Positions 25,860 to 36,023 of a stretch of 64,000 nt of DNA are shown here, piece after piece (within the stretch, counting starts at the first letter, position 1; every line of letters begins with the position of its first letter). The notes under the pieces are model-generated. The model was not told where the DNA came from and made no database searches. It saw only the letters and a program-made list of their open reading frames with translations. Source of the DNA: an uncultured bacterium. Lineage in GTDB: Bacteria > Fidelibacterota > Marinisomatia > Marinisomatales > AB-629-J13. The position numbers were made by a program, and so were the translations under genes. The stretch covers positions 356 to 64,355 of the forward strand of contig CAZBBE010000001.1 in assembly GCA_964489755.1 (NCBI GenBank), given 5' to 3'.

Positions 25860-27402
25860 TTATACTTTAAATCGATCACCGATTCAAGTAAAACGGGCGC
25901 TTATTTCTGTGTTTGATAAAACCGGCGTTGTAGAGTTAGGCCAAGCACTGAACAATTGGGGTATAGAAATCCTATCCACCGGAGGCACAGCGGAGACGCT
26001 TCGAGGTGCCAGTGTTCCCGTCATCGATGTAGGTAATTACACACGGTTCCCGGAGATTATGGACGGCCGGGTAAAGACCCTTCACCCGCTGGTGGGGGGG
26101 GGTATTCTCGGTTTGCGAGACAGGCACAGTGACGACGCAGAATCCAACAATATACAATGGATCGATCTTGTTGTCTGTAACCTATATCCTTTTTCTGAAA
26201 TAATTTCAAAGGTTGAGTGTGATCTTTCGTTGGCACTAGAAAATGTGGACATCGGTGGTCCAACCATAATCCGATCAGCCGCTAAAAATGTGGGGTGGGT
26301 TTGTGTGGCGGTCGACCCGGAAGACTATTCCACCATTACCAATGGGTTGCGGTCCGGTAAAATTTCTTTTGAAACACGAAAAAAACTTTCAACTAAAGCA
26401 TTTGGTCACACAGCAAAATATGATACCATAATCCATAATTATTTAAAAGATGAAAAACTGTCTGATGATTTTTCCATTACATTTAAAAAGCATTCTGAAA
26501 TGCGGTACGGTGAAAACCCCCACCAGTCAGCCGCATCATACAGGATTCCTGGAAATGATGAACCAAATATTCTAAATGCCACGGTCCATCAGGGTAAGCA
26601 GCTTTCCTATAATAATATTATGGACGCCGACGGAGCCTTGGCCTGTGTTAGGGAATTTGGCGGGCCGGCCTGTGTGGTAGTAAAGCACTCCAATCCCTGC
26701 GGCGTAGCAGTGGGTGACAATCTGTTGGATGTGTACACCCGCGCCTTCAGCGCAGACCCCATTTCTGCGTTTGGCGGTATTATCGCATTTAACCGTACCT
26801 GCACTAAAGAGGTAGCAAAAGCTATTACGTCCGTTTTTGTAGAAATTGTCTTGGCTCCAGGCTTTGAACCAGATGCGCTGGAAGTGTTTAAAAGGAAAAA
26901 GAATCTTCGCGTGTTGGATGTCGGTGAATTCGGAACACGAAAATCAAAACTGGAAGTGCGGAATGTAGATGGGGGTCTTCTCGTTCAGGATGTAGATACA
27001 AAAATATTAACGGAAGACGATTTTACCGTGGTCACGGAAAAACAACCCACACCAAAAGATGTCCAGGCTGTCCTGTTTGCCTGGAAAGTGCTTCGCCATG
27101 CAAAATCCAATGGGATTCTCATTGCAAAAAACAACACAACCGTAGGGTTGGGGGCGGGACAGGTCAGCCGTATAGACGCAGTACATATGGCACTTAAGAA
27201 GGGCGGTGAAAATGTGCGGGGTTCAGTTCTGGCTTCTGACGCCTTTTTTCCGTTTCGCGACAGCGTTGACATCCTTGGCGACGCTGGCATTACCACCGTG
27301 GTACAGCCCGGTGGTTCTATCCGCGACCAGGAGGTGATTAATGCCTGTAACGAACATGGTCTCTCAATGGTTTTTACAGGAACGCGGTGTTTTAGGCATT
27401 AA
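25849..27402 (+). CDS. purH: bifunctional AICAR transformylase / IMP cyclohydrolase
   Basis: KRALISVFDKTG, STGGTA, GRVKTLHP, DLVVCNLYPF, VDIGGPTIIRSAAKN, HSNPCG, VVQPGGSIRD. The GTG 25849 start is tentative. Confidence 0.95.
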   Translation: MLHNYTLNRSPIQVKRALISVFDKTGVVELGQALNNWGIEILSTGGTAETLRGASVPVIDVGNYTRFPEIMDGRVKTLHPLVGGGILGLRDRHSDDAESNNIQWIDLVVCNLYPFSEIISKVECDLSLALENVDIGGPTIIRSAAKNVGWVCVAVDPEDYSTITNGLRSGKISFETRKKLSTKAFGHTAKYDTIIHNYLKDEKLSDDFSITFKKHSEMRYGENPHQSAASYRIPGNDEPNILNATVHQGKQLSYNNIMDADGALACVREFGGPACVVVKHSNPCGVAVGDNLLDVYTRAFSADPISAFGGIIAFNRTCTKEVAKAITSVFVEIVLAPGFEPDALEVFKRKKNLRVLDVGEFGTRKSKLEVRNVDGGLLVQDVDTKILTEDDFTVVTEKQPTPKDVQAVLFAWKVLRHAKSNGILIAKNNTTVGLGAGQVSRIDAVHMALKKGGENVRGSVLASDAFFPFRDSVDILGDAGITTVVQPGGSIRDQEVINACNEHGLSMVFTGTRCFRH

Positions 27403-27408
27403 TTTTAT

Positions 27409-28212
27409 TTACAGTTTTTGACTGAATTGGGGGATTTCGTCTGTTATAATCCCTTTCACCCCTTTTTTATATAACCAGCTCCATGATAATGCGTTGTTAA
27501 TGGTCCAGGCATTTATCGGGATACGTTTTTTTTCAGCATACGAAAGAACCTCATCATTAATAGTGTCGCCTCTGGGGTGAAAAAAGTCCGGGTGAATTAT
27601 GTTGGTTAATCTCAAATATGATTGATCTTTAATAATAAACCCAGTTAATATTTTTGAGTCTATCCATTTTATAAGGAGAATTAAAAATGGATTAAAGCTG
27701 GAAACAATCACTGTTTTTTTTCGCTTAAATTTCTTTATTAGTTTAACAATGTTTATTGCAGAAGATATGTCCCACAGGCTTTTTGTTTTAACATCGATTA
27801 TTAACAAAACCCCTTTTCCAAAATCTTCTAATACATTGCTTATTAGCGGCATACATTCATTTTTGTTTTTGTTGTTTTTTGTTCTGTGTGTGATGTCTTT
27901 CAGTTCATCATATTTCTTTTCATCAACAAAGCCGATTCCTTCGGTTTCCCTTTCTAAATCAATATTGTGGGAACAAATAATCTTTTTATCTAAAGATGAA
28001 AACACATCCAGCTCAATCGCTGTAAAACCCAATTTAATTGCTTTTTTTATAGATGCTGTTGTGTTTTCTGGTTCGGTTTTATGTAAGCCTCTGTGGGCAA
28101 TAAAAAGGGGGTGGGGGTGTTTATATATACGGCTTCCGGAAACAGGGCTCCAAAAAAACAAATGCTTTATCAAAAGTCCTATAAAAACCATTAATATAAT
28201 TGAAGCTATCAT
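27409..28212 (-). CDS. glycerophosphodiester phosphodiesterase (GDPD) family protein, membrane-anchored
   Basis: An N-terminal TM helix, then FIAHRGL…EPENT…AIELDV (GDPD His/Glu/Asp motifs). 4-nt overlap with the upstream acylase gene. Confidence 0.8.
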   Translation of the reverse strand: MIASIILMVFIGLLIKHLFFWSPVSGSRIYKHPHPLFIAHRGLHKTEPENTTASIKKAIKLGFTAIELDVFSSLDKKIICSHNIDLERETEGIGFVDEKKYDELKDITHRTKNNKNKNECMPLISNVLEDFGKGVLLIIDVKTKSLWDISSAINIVKLIKKFKRKKTVIVSSFNPFLILLIKWIDSKILTGFIIKDQSYLRLTNIIHPDFFHPRGDTINDEVLSYAEKKRIPINAWTINNALSWSWLYKKGVKGIITDEIPQFSQKL

Positions 28213-30608
28213 GGCCCGGGCAGGAAAATCAATTTTTTAAATGTTTTGTCTTTTCTAATCTTGTCCTCATTAAAATGTGTTATTTTATATTCTCCTTTGT
28301 TATATAGGTTTGCCTGGTCTCTATAGTGGGGACTGTGGGGGTGTCCAGATTGCCCTGTTGGAAGAATAAAGTGTGCTTTATCAAGGTTGTCAAAATCAAC
28401 AATTCTTCTCATGGATGCCCCTGCGGTTTGTTGAAAGGGGTGCGTGTAGCTAAAGCCGCCGGCTCTTACTGTTTTGTCCGAACCTCCTGACATAAAGGGC
28501 CCTACGTTAAGTTTAAAAAACCTATCGAGCAGTAACACTTTTTCCAAAAGATGTGGGTGTGTGAGTGTGTGCGCCTTCCCCCAGGCCCAGCTTTTTTTAA
28601 TTAATCCATGCTCCTTAATAACTTTTTTTACTCCTTCAATAATTGATTTTTTTATGATGTCTTTCATTGTTTCCTGAATTTCCGGTGTTTCAATATTATC
28701 AAACCATGACGAGTTTCCGTTTTTTAATAAAATTCTTAAATTTCTAGTATAAAGATATTTTATTCCTAAAAATGCCTCTACATAGTTTTCTCCTAAAACA
28801 GAAAGCTCGTCAGCGTATATGTTGAGAATAAGCTCCCGCATGATCGTATGAAAAAGAAGAGCCTCACTTGAGGTTTTGCTTTCGTTTCCGTCCCAATTTC
28901 TAATATAATTTACTACGTCTCTTGTTTCTTTATCTTCAAACTCAAAATTAAATTGTAAAACATATGGGATCACCTCTTTTGCAAACGTTGATACTAAGTC
29001 CAGCTGCACCATCTTCATGTCCTGAGCGGTGGCGTTGCTTAGTGGTTCTATTAGTTCAATGATTCTTTCTATTCGACTTGGGTCTGCCCATAAACCAGAA
29101 ATATAGTATGGAAATTCGTTCCCTATGGTCTTGTTGTTTGCTGTTGCAATGTAGCCGCTTTCGGGGTTAAAAATATATGGCATTTCTTCAAACGGAACAT
29201 AACCGGACCAGTCAAAATTAGGGTCGTGCCCCGGCCTGGGTATTAAGCTGCGCCCTTCTTTTCGAATGGGGACATACACTGCGGGTCTCCATCCAATGTT
29301 TCCCATTGTGTCTGCGTAGATAATATTTTGTCCAGGAACACCAAAGTTTTTTACTGCTTCTGTAAAGTCTTCCCAGTTTTTCATTGTGTTAAGTTTCATG
29401 AAAGCATTCATTTCGTTCGTTATTTTATGTCCGGTCCATGCTAGAGAAACTGCGGTGGTTCCGTTTTTCATGAGAGGGTGAATGTCGCTAATTAGGGGAC
29501 CATGGTGTGTTTCCCTAATCACTATGGTCGTGTCACCGGCGTTTTTACGCGGAACGGTCTCTTTTCTGATAATTATGTCCCGCCATTCGTCTCCGTAGCG
29601 ATATTTGTTTGGATTGTTTGGATGAATTTTTTCAATAAAAAAATCGACATCGTCTACCATGCTGTTTGTAAATCCCCATGCGCACGACTCATTGTTTCCT
29701 ATAACCGGAACAGGAATCCCAGCAATACACACTCCACTTGAGTTATATTTTCCTCCCTTCAGGTGCATTTCATACCATCTTGCCGGTTGGGTAAAGTCTA
29801 AATGCGGATCGTTGGCTAATATGGGTTTCCCGGTGGTCGTCTTTGTTCCAGATAACACCCAACTGTTTGACCCAGTGTGGGGAGAGCGAAAACCAAACAC
29901 GTCTCTGATTTTAAATTCATGTGATAAAATTCTGTCAAACACGGGCTTCATGCCATGTGCAATTGTCGGTTCGTTTGGAATATAGCCTGGGTATATTTCT
30001 TTCAGTTTTTCAATTCCAAAATACTCAGCGATCGCACCATACACAATTTCAGGCTTCCACGATGACTGCATTTCGTGTGCCATCATTCTAGCATATCCCG
30101 TTACATCAGAGGGGTTCCAATAGGGTGGTTTTATTCTTAATATTTTAAATTCAATGGGTAGGTCGTCCATGGCTTCATCAATATGTGCGTTGATTCCCTG
30201 ACAAAATGCCTCCAATATCTTTCGCTCTTCCGGATACATGTTTTCTGCCAATTGTTTGGCAATTCTGGGGATTTTCCAAGTTCTTAAATAGATGTCTGAT
30301 GATACGTATTTATCGCCCAACGCAGAGGCCAGCTCTCCCCGAACAGCGTATGCCACCATGCTCATCTGGAAAAGCCTCTCCCTAGCAGCAATATAGCCTG
30401 CTGAAAAAAACAGGTCTGTATCGTTTTTTGCAAAAATGTGGGGAACACCAAAAGTGCCCGTGTACACATTCACTGTGTCGCTTAGTCCGCCCAGGGTGAT
30501 GTTGCCCTTATAAACAGGAAGCGGGGGGTAGATGTATATCCATAGCCCAATTATTAAAACAAGAACTGTTGTTAAAATACAAATGGTTCGCTTAATTAAT
30601 TTTTTCAT
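28209..30608 (-). CDS. penicillin acylase family Ntn-hydrolase (penicillin amidase / acyl-homoserine-lactone acylase-like)
   Basis: 799 aa. N-terminal anchor. VPHIFAKNDTDLFFSAGYIAARERLFQM. The beta-chain nucleophile context HTGSNSWVLSG. ANDPHL, and a C-terminal LPTGQSGHP. Confidence 0.88.
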   Translation of the reverse strand: MKKLIKRTICILTTVLVLIIGLWIYIYPPLPVYKGNITLGGLSDTVNVYTGTFGVPHIFAKNDTDLFFSAGYIAARERLFQMSMVAYAVRGELASALGDKYVSSDIYLRTWKIPRIAKQLAENMYPEERKILEAFCQGINAHIDEAMDDLPIEFKILRIKPPYWNPSDVTGYARMMAHEMQSSWKPEIVYGAIAEYFGIEKLKEIYPGYIPNEPTIAHGMKPVFDRILSHEFKIRDVFGFRSPHTGSNSWVLSGTKTTTGKPILANDPHLDFTQPARWYEMHLKGGKYNSSGVCIAGIPVPVIGNNESCAWGFTNSMVDDVDFFIEKIHPNNPNKYRYGDEWRDIIIRKETVPRKNAGDTTIVIRETHHGPLISDIHPLMKNGTTAVSLAWTGHKITNEMNAFMKLNTMKNWEDFTEAVKNFGVPGQNIIYADTMGNIGWRPAVYVPIRKEGRSLIPRPGHDPNFDWSGYVPFEEMPYIFNPESGYIATANNKTIGNEFPYYISGLWADPSRIERIIELIEPLSNATAQDMKMVQLDLVSTFAKEVIPYVLQFNFEFEDKETRDVVNYIRNWDGNESKTSSEALLFHTIMRELILNIYADELSVLGENYVEAFLGIKYLYTRNLRILLKNGNSSWFDNIETPEIQETMKDIIKKSIIEGVKKVIKEHGLIKKSWAWGKAHTLTHPHLLEKVLLLDRFFKLNVGPFMSGGSDKTVRAGGFSYTHPFQQTAGASMRRIVDFDNLDKAHFILPTGQSGHPHSPHYRDQANLYNKGEYKITHFNEDKIRKDKTFKKLIFLPGP

Positions 30609-30683
30609 CTTTTATGTTTTTTTTGTATTTATTCCATTGTAATATTTTAAAATGTGTTGTGCTGCGTTAACGATTAAAGTTCT

Positions 30684-31499
30684 ATGCCCGAACTCCCTGA
30701 AGTAGAATCTGTTGTTCGATATTTACGTCCCTATGTCACTGGGAAGTCCATATCAAAATTATTGCATCACAATGAATTCTCAAATGTTTTTTCTTCCCAC
30801 TCCCCTGAGGACATTTCACAAATAGTCAGTGGTCAAATAATTCAAAAAATGTGGCGAAGGGGTAAATATATCGTTTTTACGCTTGGGGGCGGGTATGTGT
30901 TTGTTCATCTTAGAATGACGGGACACTTGACAGCGTCTGTTAAAGTTAAAGACCGTAAATATATCACCGCAGAGATGGTGTTTTCTGACCGGTCTTCTCT
31001 TTATTTTAAGGATTTCCGTAAGTTCGGACGGTTCGGATATAGTGATAATATTAAGCATGTTAATCAGCTTGTTGGTGTAGAGCCGTTGAGCAGTGTGTTT
31101 TCTTTTCCATATCTGCAAAAAGAATTAAATAAACGTAAGAGACAGATAAAACCTCTGTTGTTGAATCAGGGCTTTATTTGTGGCTTAGGCAATATATATG
31201 TAGATGAGTGTCTCTGGATGGCACATATTCATCCCAAAACCATTTCAAATAGTCTTCCTAAAAAAAACATCGAGGTGCTTTATAGGTCCATAATTTCTAT
31301 TCTGAATGAAGCAATCAGCCTCAAGGGAACAACCATAATTAATTTTAACTATGCTGCTAACAGGGGGGGTGCGTTTGGTCAGCATTTAAATGTGTACGGA
31401 AGGGCGGGTCAACCCTGTTATAGGTGTAAGAAAACAATTAAAAAGATTTTTGTTGGACAAAGAGGAACCTGTTTTTGTGTTAATTGTCAGGGTGGGTAA
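30684..31499 (+). CDS. mutM: formamidopyrimidine-DNA glycosylase
   Basis: MPELPEVE N-terminus, H2TH region LLNQGFICGLGNIYVDE, C-terminal zinc finger CYRCKKTI…CFCVNCQ. Confidence 0.93.
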   Translation: MPELPEVESVVRYLRPYVTGKSISKLLHHNEFSNVFSSHSPEDISQIVSGQIIQKMWRRGKYIVFTLGGGYVFVHLRMTGHLTASVKVKDRKYITAEMVFSDRSSLYFKDFRKFGRFGYSDNIKHVNQLVGVEPLSSVFSFPYLQKELNKRKRQIKPLLLNQGFICGLGNIYVDECLWMAHIHPKTISNSLPKKNIEVLYRSIISILNEAISLKGTTIINFNYAANRGGAFGQHLNVYGRAGQPCYRCKKTIKKIFVGQRGTCFCVNCQGG

Positions 31500-31573
31500 T
31501 AAATACAGAAAAATAATATACTACTGTTTGATGATTGCCGTCTGTGATGAAAATCACCAAAATTTACCAAAAA

Positions 31574-32020
31574 TCAATGTTTTATGCTATATTGAAGCTG
31601 GAAAATTCCTTCATCTGGTAATATGGGGGTCTGTTTCTCAAACTTTAACTTTATCTCTTTGCCTAAAGATTCAAACAGCTTTACACCCTGTCCAAATATC
31701 AATGGGTGGGGAGTTATATATAGATGCGTTAGGTGGTCAGCAAATTTAGAAAACGTTTTTCCGCCACCAATAACAAAACATTTTTCGTCCGTCACTCTCT
31801 CTATTATTTCTTTTGGACTGTCTTCTCTGTGTACTACTATTGAGCGTCTCTTGTCCAGCTCAACAACCAAAGATTTACTTGTGTTTGAGCCCATAATTAC
31901 GGTGTGGTTCAATGTCTGTTTTTTAAAAAGTGGCAGGTCTCTCGACCAATTTACTGTTTCGAGTCCGTGCCTCGCAATATAACCGTCTATGGTTACAGCA
32001 GCAATACCAATGATTTTCAA
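31574..32020 (-). CDS. dihydrofolate reductase-like protein
   Basis: 148 aa. IIGIAAVTIDGYIAR, NWSRDLPLFKKQTLNHTVIMGSNTSKSL (compare E. coli FolA [30 protein letters not shown]), FVIGGGKTFSKF. It could be FolA or a RibD_C-type paralogue. Confidence 0.6.
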   Translation of the reverse strand: MKIIGIAAVTIDGYIARHGLETVNWSRDLPLFKKQTLNHTVIMGSNTSKSLVVELDKRRSIVVHREDSPKEIIERVTDEKCFVIGGGKTFSKFADHLTHLYITPHPLIFGQGVKLFESLGKEIKLKFEKQTPILPDEGIFQLQYSIKH

Positions 32021-32035
32021 TTGTGTGACTTTTGT

Positions 32036-34585
32036 TTAGTATTTGTCCAGTGTAAGGGTGATCTTGTGATGTAAAAAATCCCTATGTTGTCTTGTTCCTT
32101 CGTCTTTTCCCGACCGTTTTGACACCATCTTGTTTATCGTTTTTAAGTTTGAAAACGCCACCGCCTGAGAAATATAATCATAATTACTTGTTTTTCCTTT
32201 GCCTGTCCCAACAATGTCAACCAGTCTGCTAACATATTCTGTTTGAAGGTTTCTACGAAAAGTGTTTACTGTTCCCTTGGTGTCTGCTATAAAAATAGCA
32301 TTAGTTAAATCATTTAATACCTCCTCAATGAAATATTTATTTCCATAAATCTGTGTATCAATTATTCTTTGTAGCACGCGGGGGTGTAATAGGTGGTTTA
32401 GGGCGGCTTTATGTATAAATAATATATGATTGTGTGGTTTGGGATCTTCTGTCCTACCGGAAAAACCAAACCCCCTTCTTTGATATTGTAAATAATTTAA
32501 CAAAGAATCCGATATGCTTATTGCGTCAGGAGAAAACACATGGTTTTTAATGGTGTCCATGGCTCTTTTTTGTTTTGCATAGGGAACAGGGGTAAGGGGA
32601 GTGTTTGCTTCTGGTTGCCCTGCCATAGATCGGTCAACATACACCCCTCCAATAAATCTTGATATGGTTGCTACAGCGTTTCTTTTCTCTCCCATTAAAA
32701 TATTAAATGCGTCTCTCAGGGCATGATAAGACATGCCCTTCTTTGTATATTTTTTCTGTAAGCTCTTCATTAAATGGTCCATTAATTCAATTCTCTGGAT
32801 GGCGTGTTCTATGGGCTCGTTTGTCATATCGCCTATCATGGCCCGTGGATCAATTCCTTTTCCGGGATACCGCATGTCGTCCGCATCATTACCAAACATA
32901 TGTTCTGGGTCTGTTGACATAGATAAAATATTTTCTATCCTTTTTTGTTCTTCTTTTGGGTTTAAAACCGAAGAAGAATAGCCAAACTGAATCGCCCAAT
33001 CATCATATGTCCCGGGAACGGTTGAATAATACTGCCCCTGGTCATCGGGGTTTCTGGAAAGGTTTACAGGCACATAGTCCATTACCGAGCCCGTAAGCCC
33101 CATAGCTTTTGTAAGCGCTGCGTTGTGCGATTCTTTAATGTTGTGTAAGTGGCTTGATTTAAAATTGTGACTCAACCCCAGCGTGTGACCCACCTCGTGC
33201 AGTACGAGATTTATGATTGATTCTTTTACTAGCTCCTTTTTGATTGATTCGCTTGTGGAAATTATTTCTGTCGATATAAGCCCAAGGAGGTTTTCCTGGT
33301 GAATATATTCACCTATTTGACAGTGGTTTGTTCCCTCTTTAATGTTCTCCGGATCATAGAGTCGGTCATACTTGACCCGGTTCGTGAAATAAACATATTC
33401 CAGCATAATGTCTGCCCCTAAAATTTGTCCGGTTTTGGGATTTACAAAACTAGGGCCATACCCGCCAAACGGAGGCGAGGGAGAGGATGTCCACCTCAAT
33501 ACATTATACCGAATATCTCCAGCGTCCCATTTTGCGTCGTCTGGTTGGATTTTAACCTGAATGGCGTTTTTAAACCCTACCTTCTCGAAGGATTTGTTCC
33601 ATGCCAAAACCCCCTTGGTAACAGCGTTCCTAAACTCATATGGGGTAGTGTTTTCAACCCAAAACACTATGGGCTTTTCTGGCTCTGATTTTGATTCTTT
33701 AGGATTTTTCTTTTTCAAATTCCACCTGTTAATTAAATCTCTGTATGGCGTGTGGCTGGCTGAGGTCATGTCCGTAACCTTGGTGGTGAAATAACCTATC
33801 CTTGGGTCATCCGTCCGTTGCCTATAATCATTTTTGGGTACTTCCATTAGGCTGTGTTGAATTACGAGATTTATTGACCGGGCATCTGTTATTCCGGACC
33901 TGCCTCGATTTTTTGGGGTGGGGTTATCATAGGAATACTGAACGACTATTTCAGAGTTTTTAGGGTAGTTCCGAATGCTCACATATTTGCTCTTTTCCTT
34001 GCTTAGTTTTCCCAGAGCAAAGCGTTTACTTTTTGGGTTAGAATAATGTTTAATCTGCAGAAGTTTTTCCGTGAGAAACAGATCGTCTCCCTTTATTAAA
34101 AACCTGTTCTTTAGGGTGTCCCTGGCGACAATTTTATTAGAGGACATGATGGACCTGCTTATGTTTGCACCTGCTGCTCTGTTTAGCGGACTTTTATGAT
34201 CAAAATAAAATGAATAGTTTTCTAAGACAAACTCTATGCGGTCAAAATATTTCCTAACAGAAAAAATTTTACTGGAACGATAGGACCCCCTGTTGAGGCC
34301 CACGTCTACTATTCCATCGTGAGAGTGGCCAAAATAAATATACTCCCTGTCAATCTGTTTCTGATGTATTTCCATATAAACAGAACCATCTGCGGTGTCC
34401 TGATAAAAGGTAAAGAGTCCCGAAAATTTATCCATTTTCTCTGTTTTCTTTTCCAGGCTGATTTTCTTTTTCTTTATTTTGGTGGAGTCTTTTACTGATT
34501 TTTTGGTGTCTTTTTCTGTTGCATCTTGGGCTAAAGAAAATGCTGTTATTAATATAACGAATAAATAGGTCGTCTGTTTTTTCAT
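32036..34585 (-). CDS. secreted zinc-dependent metalloprotease (DUF5117/DUF4953-type, HExxH…)
   Basis: Zincin motif LVLHEVGHTLGLSHNF, followed by GSVMDY. I prefer the start MKKQTTYLFVILITAFSLAQD (signal peptide) at 34585, which avoids overlap with lpdA; the ORF track extends to 34645. Confidence 0.8.
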   Translation of the reverse strand: MKKQTTYLFVILITAFSLAQDATEKDTKKSVKDSTKIKKKKISLEKKTEKMDKFSGLFTFYQDTADGSVYMEIHQKQIDREYIYFGHSHDGIVDVGLNRGSYRSSKIFSVRKYFDRIEFVLENYSFYFDHKSPLNRAAGANISRSIMSSNKIVARDTLKNRFLIKGDDLFLTEKLLQIKHYSNPKSKRFALGKLSKEKSKYVSIRNYPKNSEIVVQYSYDNPTPKNRGRSGITDARSINLVIQHSLMEVPKNDYRQRTDDPRIGYFTTKVTDMTSASHTPYRDLINRWNLKKKNPKESKSEPEKPIVFWVENTTPYEFRNAVTKGVLAWNKSFEKVGFKNAIQVKIQPDDAKWDAGDIRYNVLRWTSSPSPPFGGYGPSFVNPKTGQILGADIMLEYVYFTNRVKYDRLYDPENIKEGTNHCQIGEYIHQENLLGLISTEIISTSESIKKELVKESIINLVLHEVGHTLGLSHNFKSSHLHNIKESHNAALTKAMGLTGSVMDYVPVNLSRNPDDQGQYYSTVPGTYDDWAIQFGYSSSVLNPKEEQKRIENILSMSTDPEHMFGNDADDMRYPGKGIDPRAMIGDMTNEPIEHAIQRIELMDHLMKSLQKKYTKKGMSYHALRDAFNILMGEKRNAVATISRFIGGVYVDRSMAGQPEANTPLTPVPYAKQKRAMDTIKNHVFSPDAISISDSLLNYLQYQRRGFGFSGRTEDPKPHNHILFIHKAALNHLLHPRVLQRIIDTQIYGNKYFIEEVLNDLTNAIFIADTKGTVNTFRRNLQTEYVSRLVDIVGTGKGKTSNYDYISQAVAFSNLKTINKMVSKRSGKDEGTRQHRDFLHHKITLTLDKY

Positions 34586-34599
34586 GTTCTTTCCTCGTT

Positions 34600-36018
34600 T
34601 CATTTTCTTTTTGGAATAAAAATATCGGTTACTGTTCCTAAACACGCCTCTGCAGCATTTGACATTGTTTCTGAGAGTGTAGGGTGAGGATGAATGGTTT
34701 GTCCTATATCTTCAGCATCTGCTCCCATTTCTATTGCCAGTACCGCTTCAGAAATTAAATCACCTGCCCCGGGCCCCACAATTCCTGCTCCCAATACTTG
34801 CTTTGTTTTCGAATCAAATAAAATCTTTGTCTTCCCTTCACGGAAACCTATGGTTATTGCCTTTCCGCTTGCTGCCCAGGGAAACTCTCCTTTTTCATAG
34901 GCTATAGATTTCTCTTGTGCTTCGGTTTCAGTGAGTCCGGCCCATGCAATCTCTGGGTTGGTAAACACCACTGCCGGAATCGCTCTGGCATTAAATTGTG
35001 ATGGCAGCCCGGCGATGTGCTCAGCGGCGACAATTCCTTCATAGGCTGCCTTGTGTGCTAGCATTGGATTTCCGGATACGTCTCCTATGGCGTAAACCGT
35101 TTTCATCGTTGTCTGCTGAAATTGGTTTACTTCTAAAAACCCACTTTCTTTTTTTTCAATCCCGGCGTTTTTTAGTTTTAATCCGTTAGTGTTTGGCTTT
35201 CTTCCTACAGAAAACAAAACAGCACCATAGTTCTCTGAAATTTCTCCTTCTTTAGTTTTTATTTTAACCTGGATTCCCGTGCTTGTTTCTTTGGTTGTTA
35301 TAAGTTTTGCTTCCAAATAAATGTGTTTAAGTTGTCGGGATAATTTTCTTTGTAGCGGTTTCACTAAGTCCCGATCCACTCCGGTAAGTAGGTCTGGAAG
35401 CATTTCCACAATGGAAACCTTTGAACCTAAGGCACTGTAAACCGAGCCCATTTCTAGTCCAATATATCCTCCTCCAACCACCAGAAGACTTTCCGGTATT
35501 GATACAAGCTCCAGTGCCTGTTTTGATCCCATTATTTTATGGGAGCTGTTAGGCAGAGAGGGAATGTTTTCAGAAACGGATCCTGTAGCAATGATTGCAT
35601 TTTCAAATGACACCAGAGAGGTGCCGTCCTCGGTTTTGATCTCCAGTTCTTTTTCTGACATAAAGCGTGCCTGTCCGGTCAGGGTTTTTACTTTTCTCGT
35701 TTTTGCCAATTGGGAAATCCCAGAGCTAAGATTCGAAATAATTGAGTTTTTCCACCTACGGATTTCTTCTATATTTATTTCAGGGTCAGCAAAGCATACT
35801 CCTTTCTTTTTTGCCTCTTTAGCGTCTTCTATCAATTTTGATAAATACAGGAGCGCTTTTGAGGGAATACAGCCCCGATTGAGACAAACGCCTCCTAATG
35901 ATTTATCCTTGTCAATTAGGACTACCCTTTTCCCAAGGTCTGCCGCCCGAAATGCGGCTGCATAACCACCGGGGCCCGCTCCAATGACCACGACATCTGT
36001 CCGGGTTCTTTCAGCCAT
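34600..36018 (-). CDS. lpdA: dihydrolipoyl dehydrogenase (E3)
   Basis: GAGPGGY FAD motif, redox disulfide GGVCLNRGCIPSK, NAD motif VVGGGYIGLE, C-terminal HPHPTLSE. Confidence 0.95.
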   Translation of the reverse strand: MAERTRTDVVVIGAGPGGYAAAFRAADLGKRVVLIDKDKSLGGVCLNRGCIPSKALLYLSKLIEDAKEAKKKGVCFADPEINIEEIRRWKNSIISNLSSGISQLAKTRKVKTLTGQARFMSEKELEIKTEDGTSLVSFENAIIATGSVSENIPSLPNSSHKIMGSKQALELVSIPESLLVVGGGYIGLEMGSVYSALGSKVSIVEMLPDLLTGVDRDLVKPLQRKLSRQLKHIYLEAKLITTKETSTGIQVKIKTKEGEISENYGAVLFSVGRKPNTNGLKLKNAGIEKKESGFLEVNQFQQTTMKTVYAIGDVSGNPMLAHKAAYEGIVAAEHIAGLPSQFNARAIPAVVFTNPEIAWAGLTETEAQEKSIAYEKGEFPWAASGKAITIGFREGKTKILFDSKTKQVLGAGIVGPGAGDLISEAVLAIEMGADAEDIGQTIHPHPTLSETMSNAAEACLGTVTDIFIPKRK

Positions 36019-36023
36019 TGCTT

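Noticed and set aside
26094-26102. A G9 homopolymer inside purH, plus a G8 run at 7603..7610 in the hexosaminidase gene, considered as slipped-strand phase-variation switches
   Set aside because: In purH the run encodes the conserved Gly-rich loop (HPLVGGGILG) of an essential housekeeping enzyme and is in frame. There is no evidence of variability from a single sequence. It is worth only a glance at read-level length heterogeneity.
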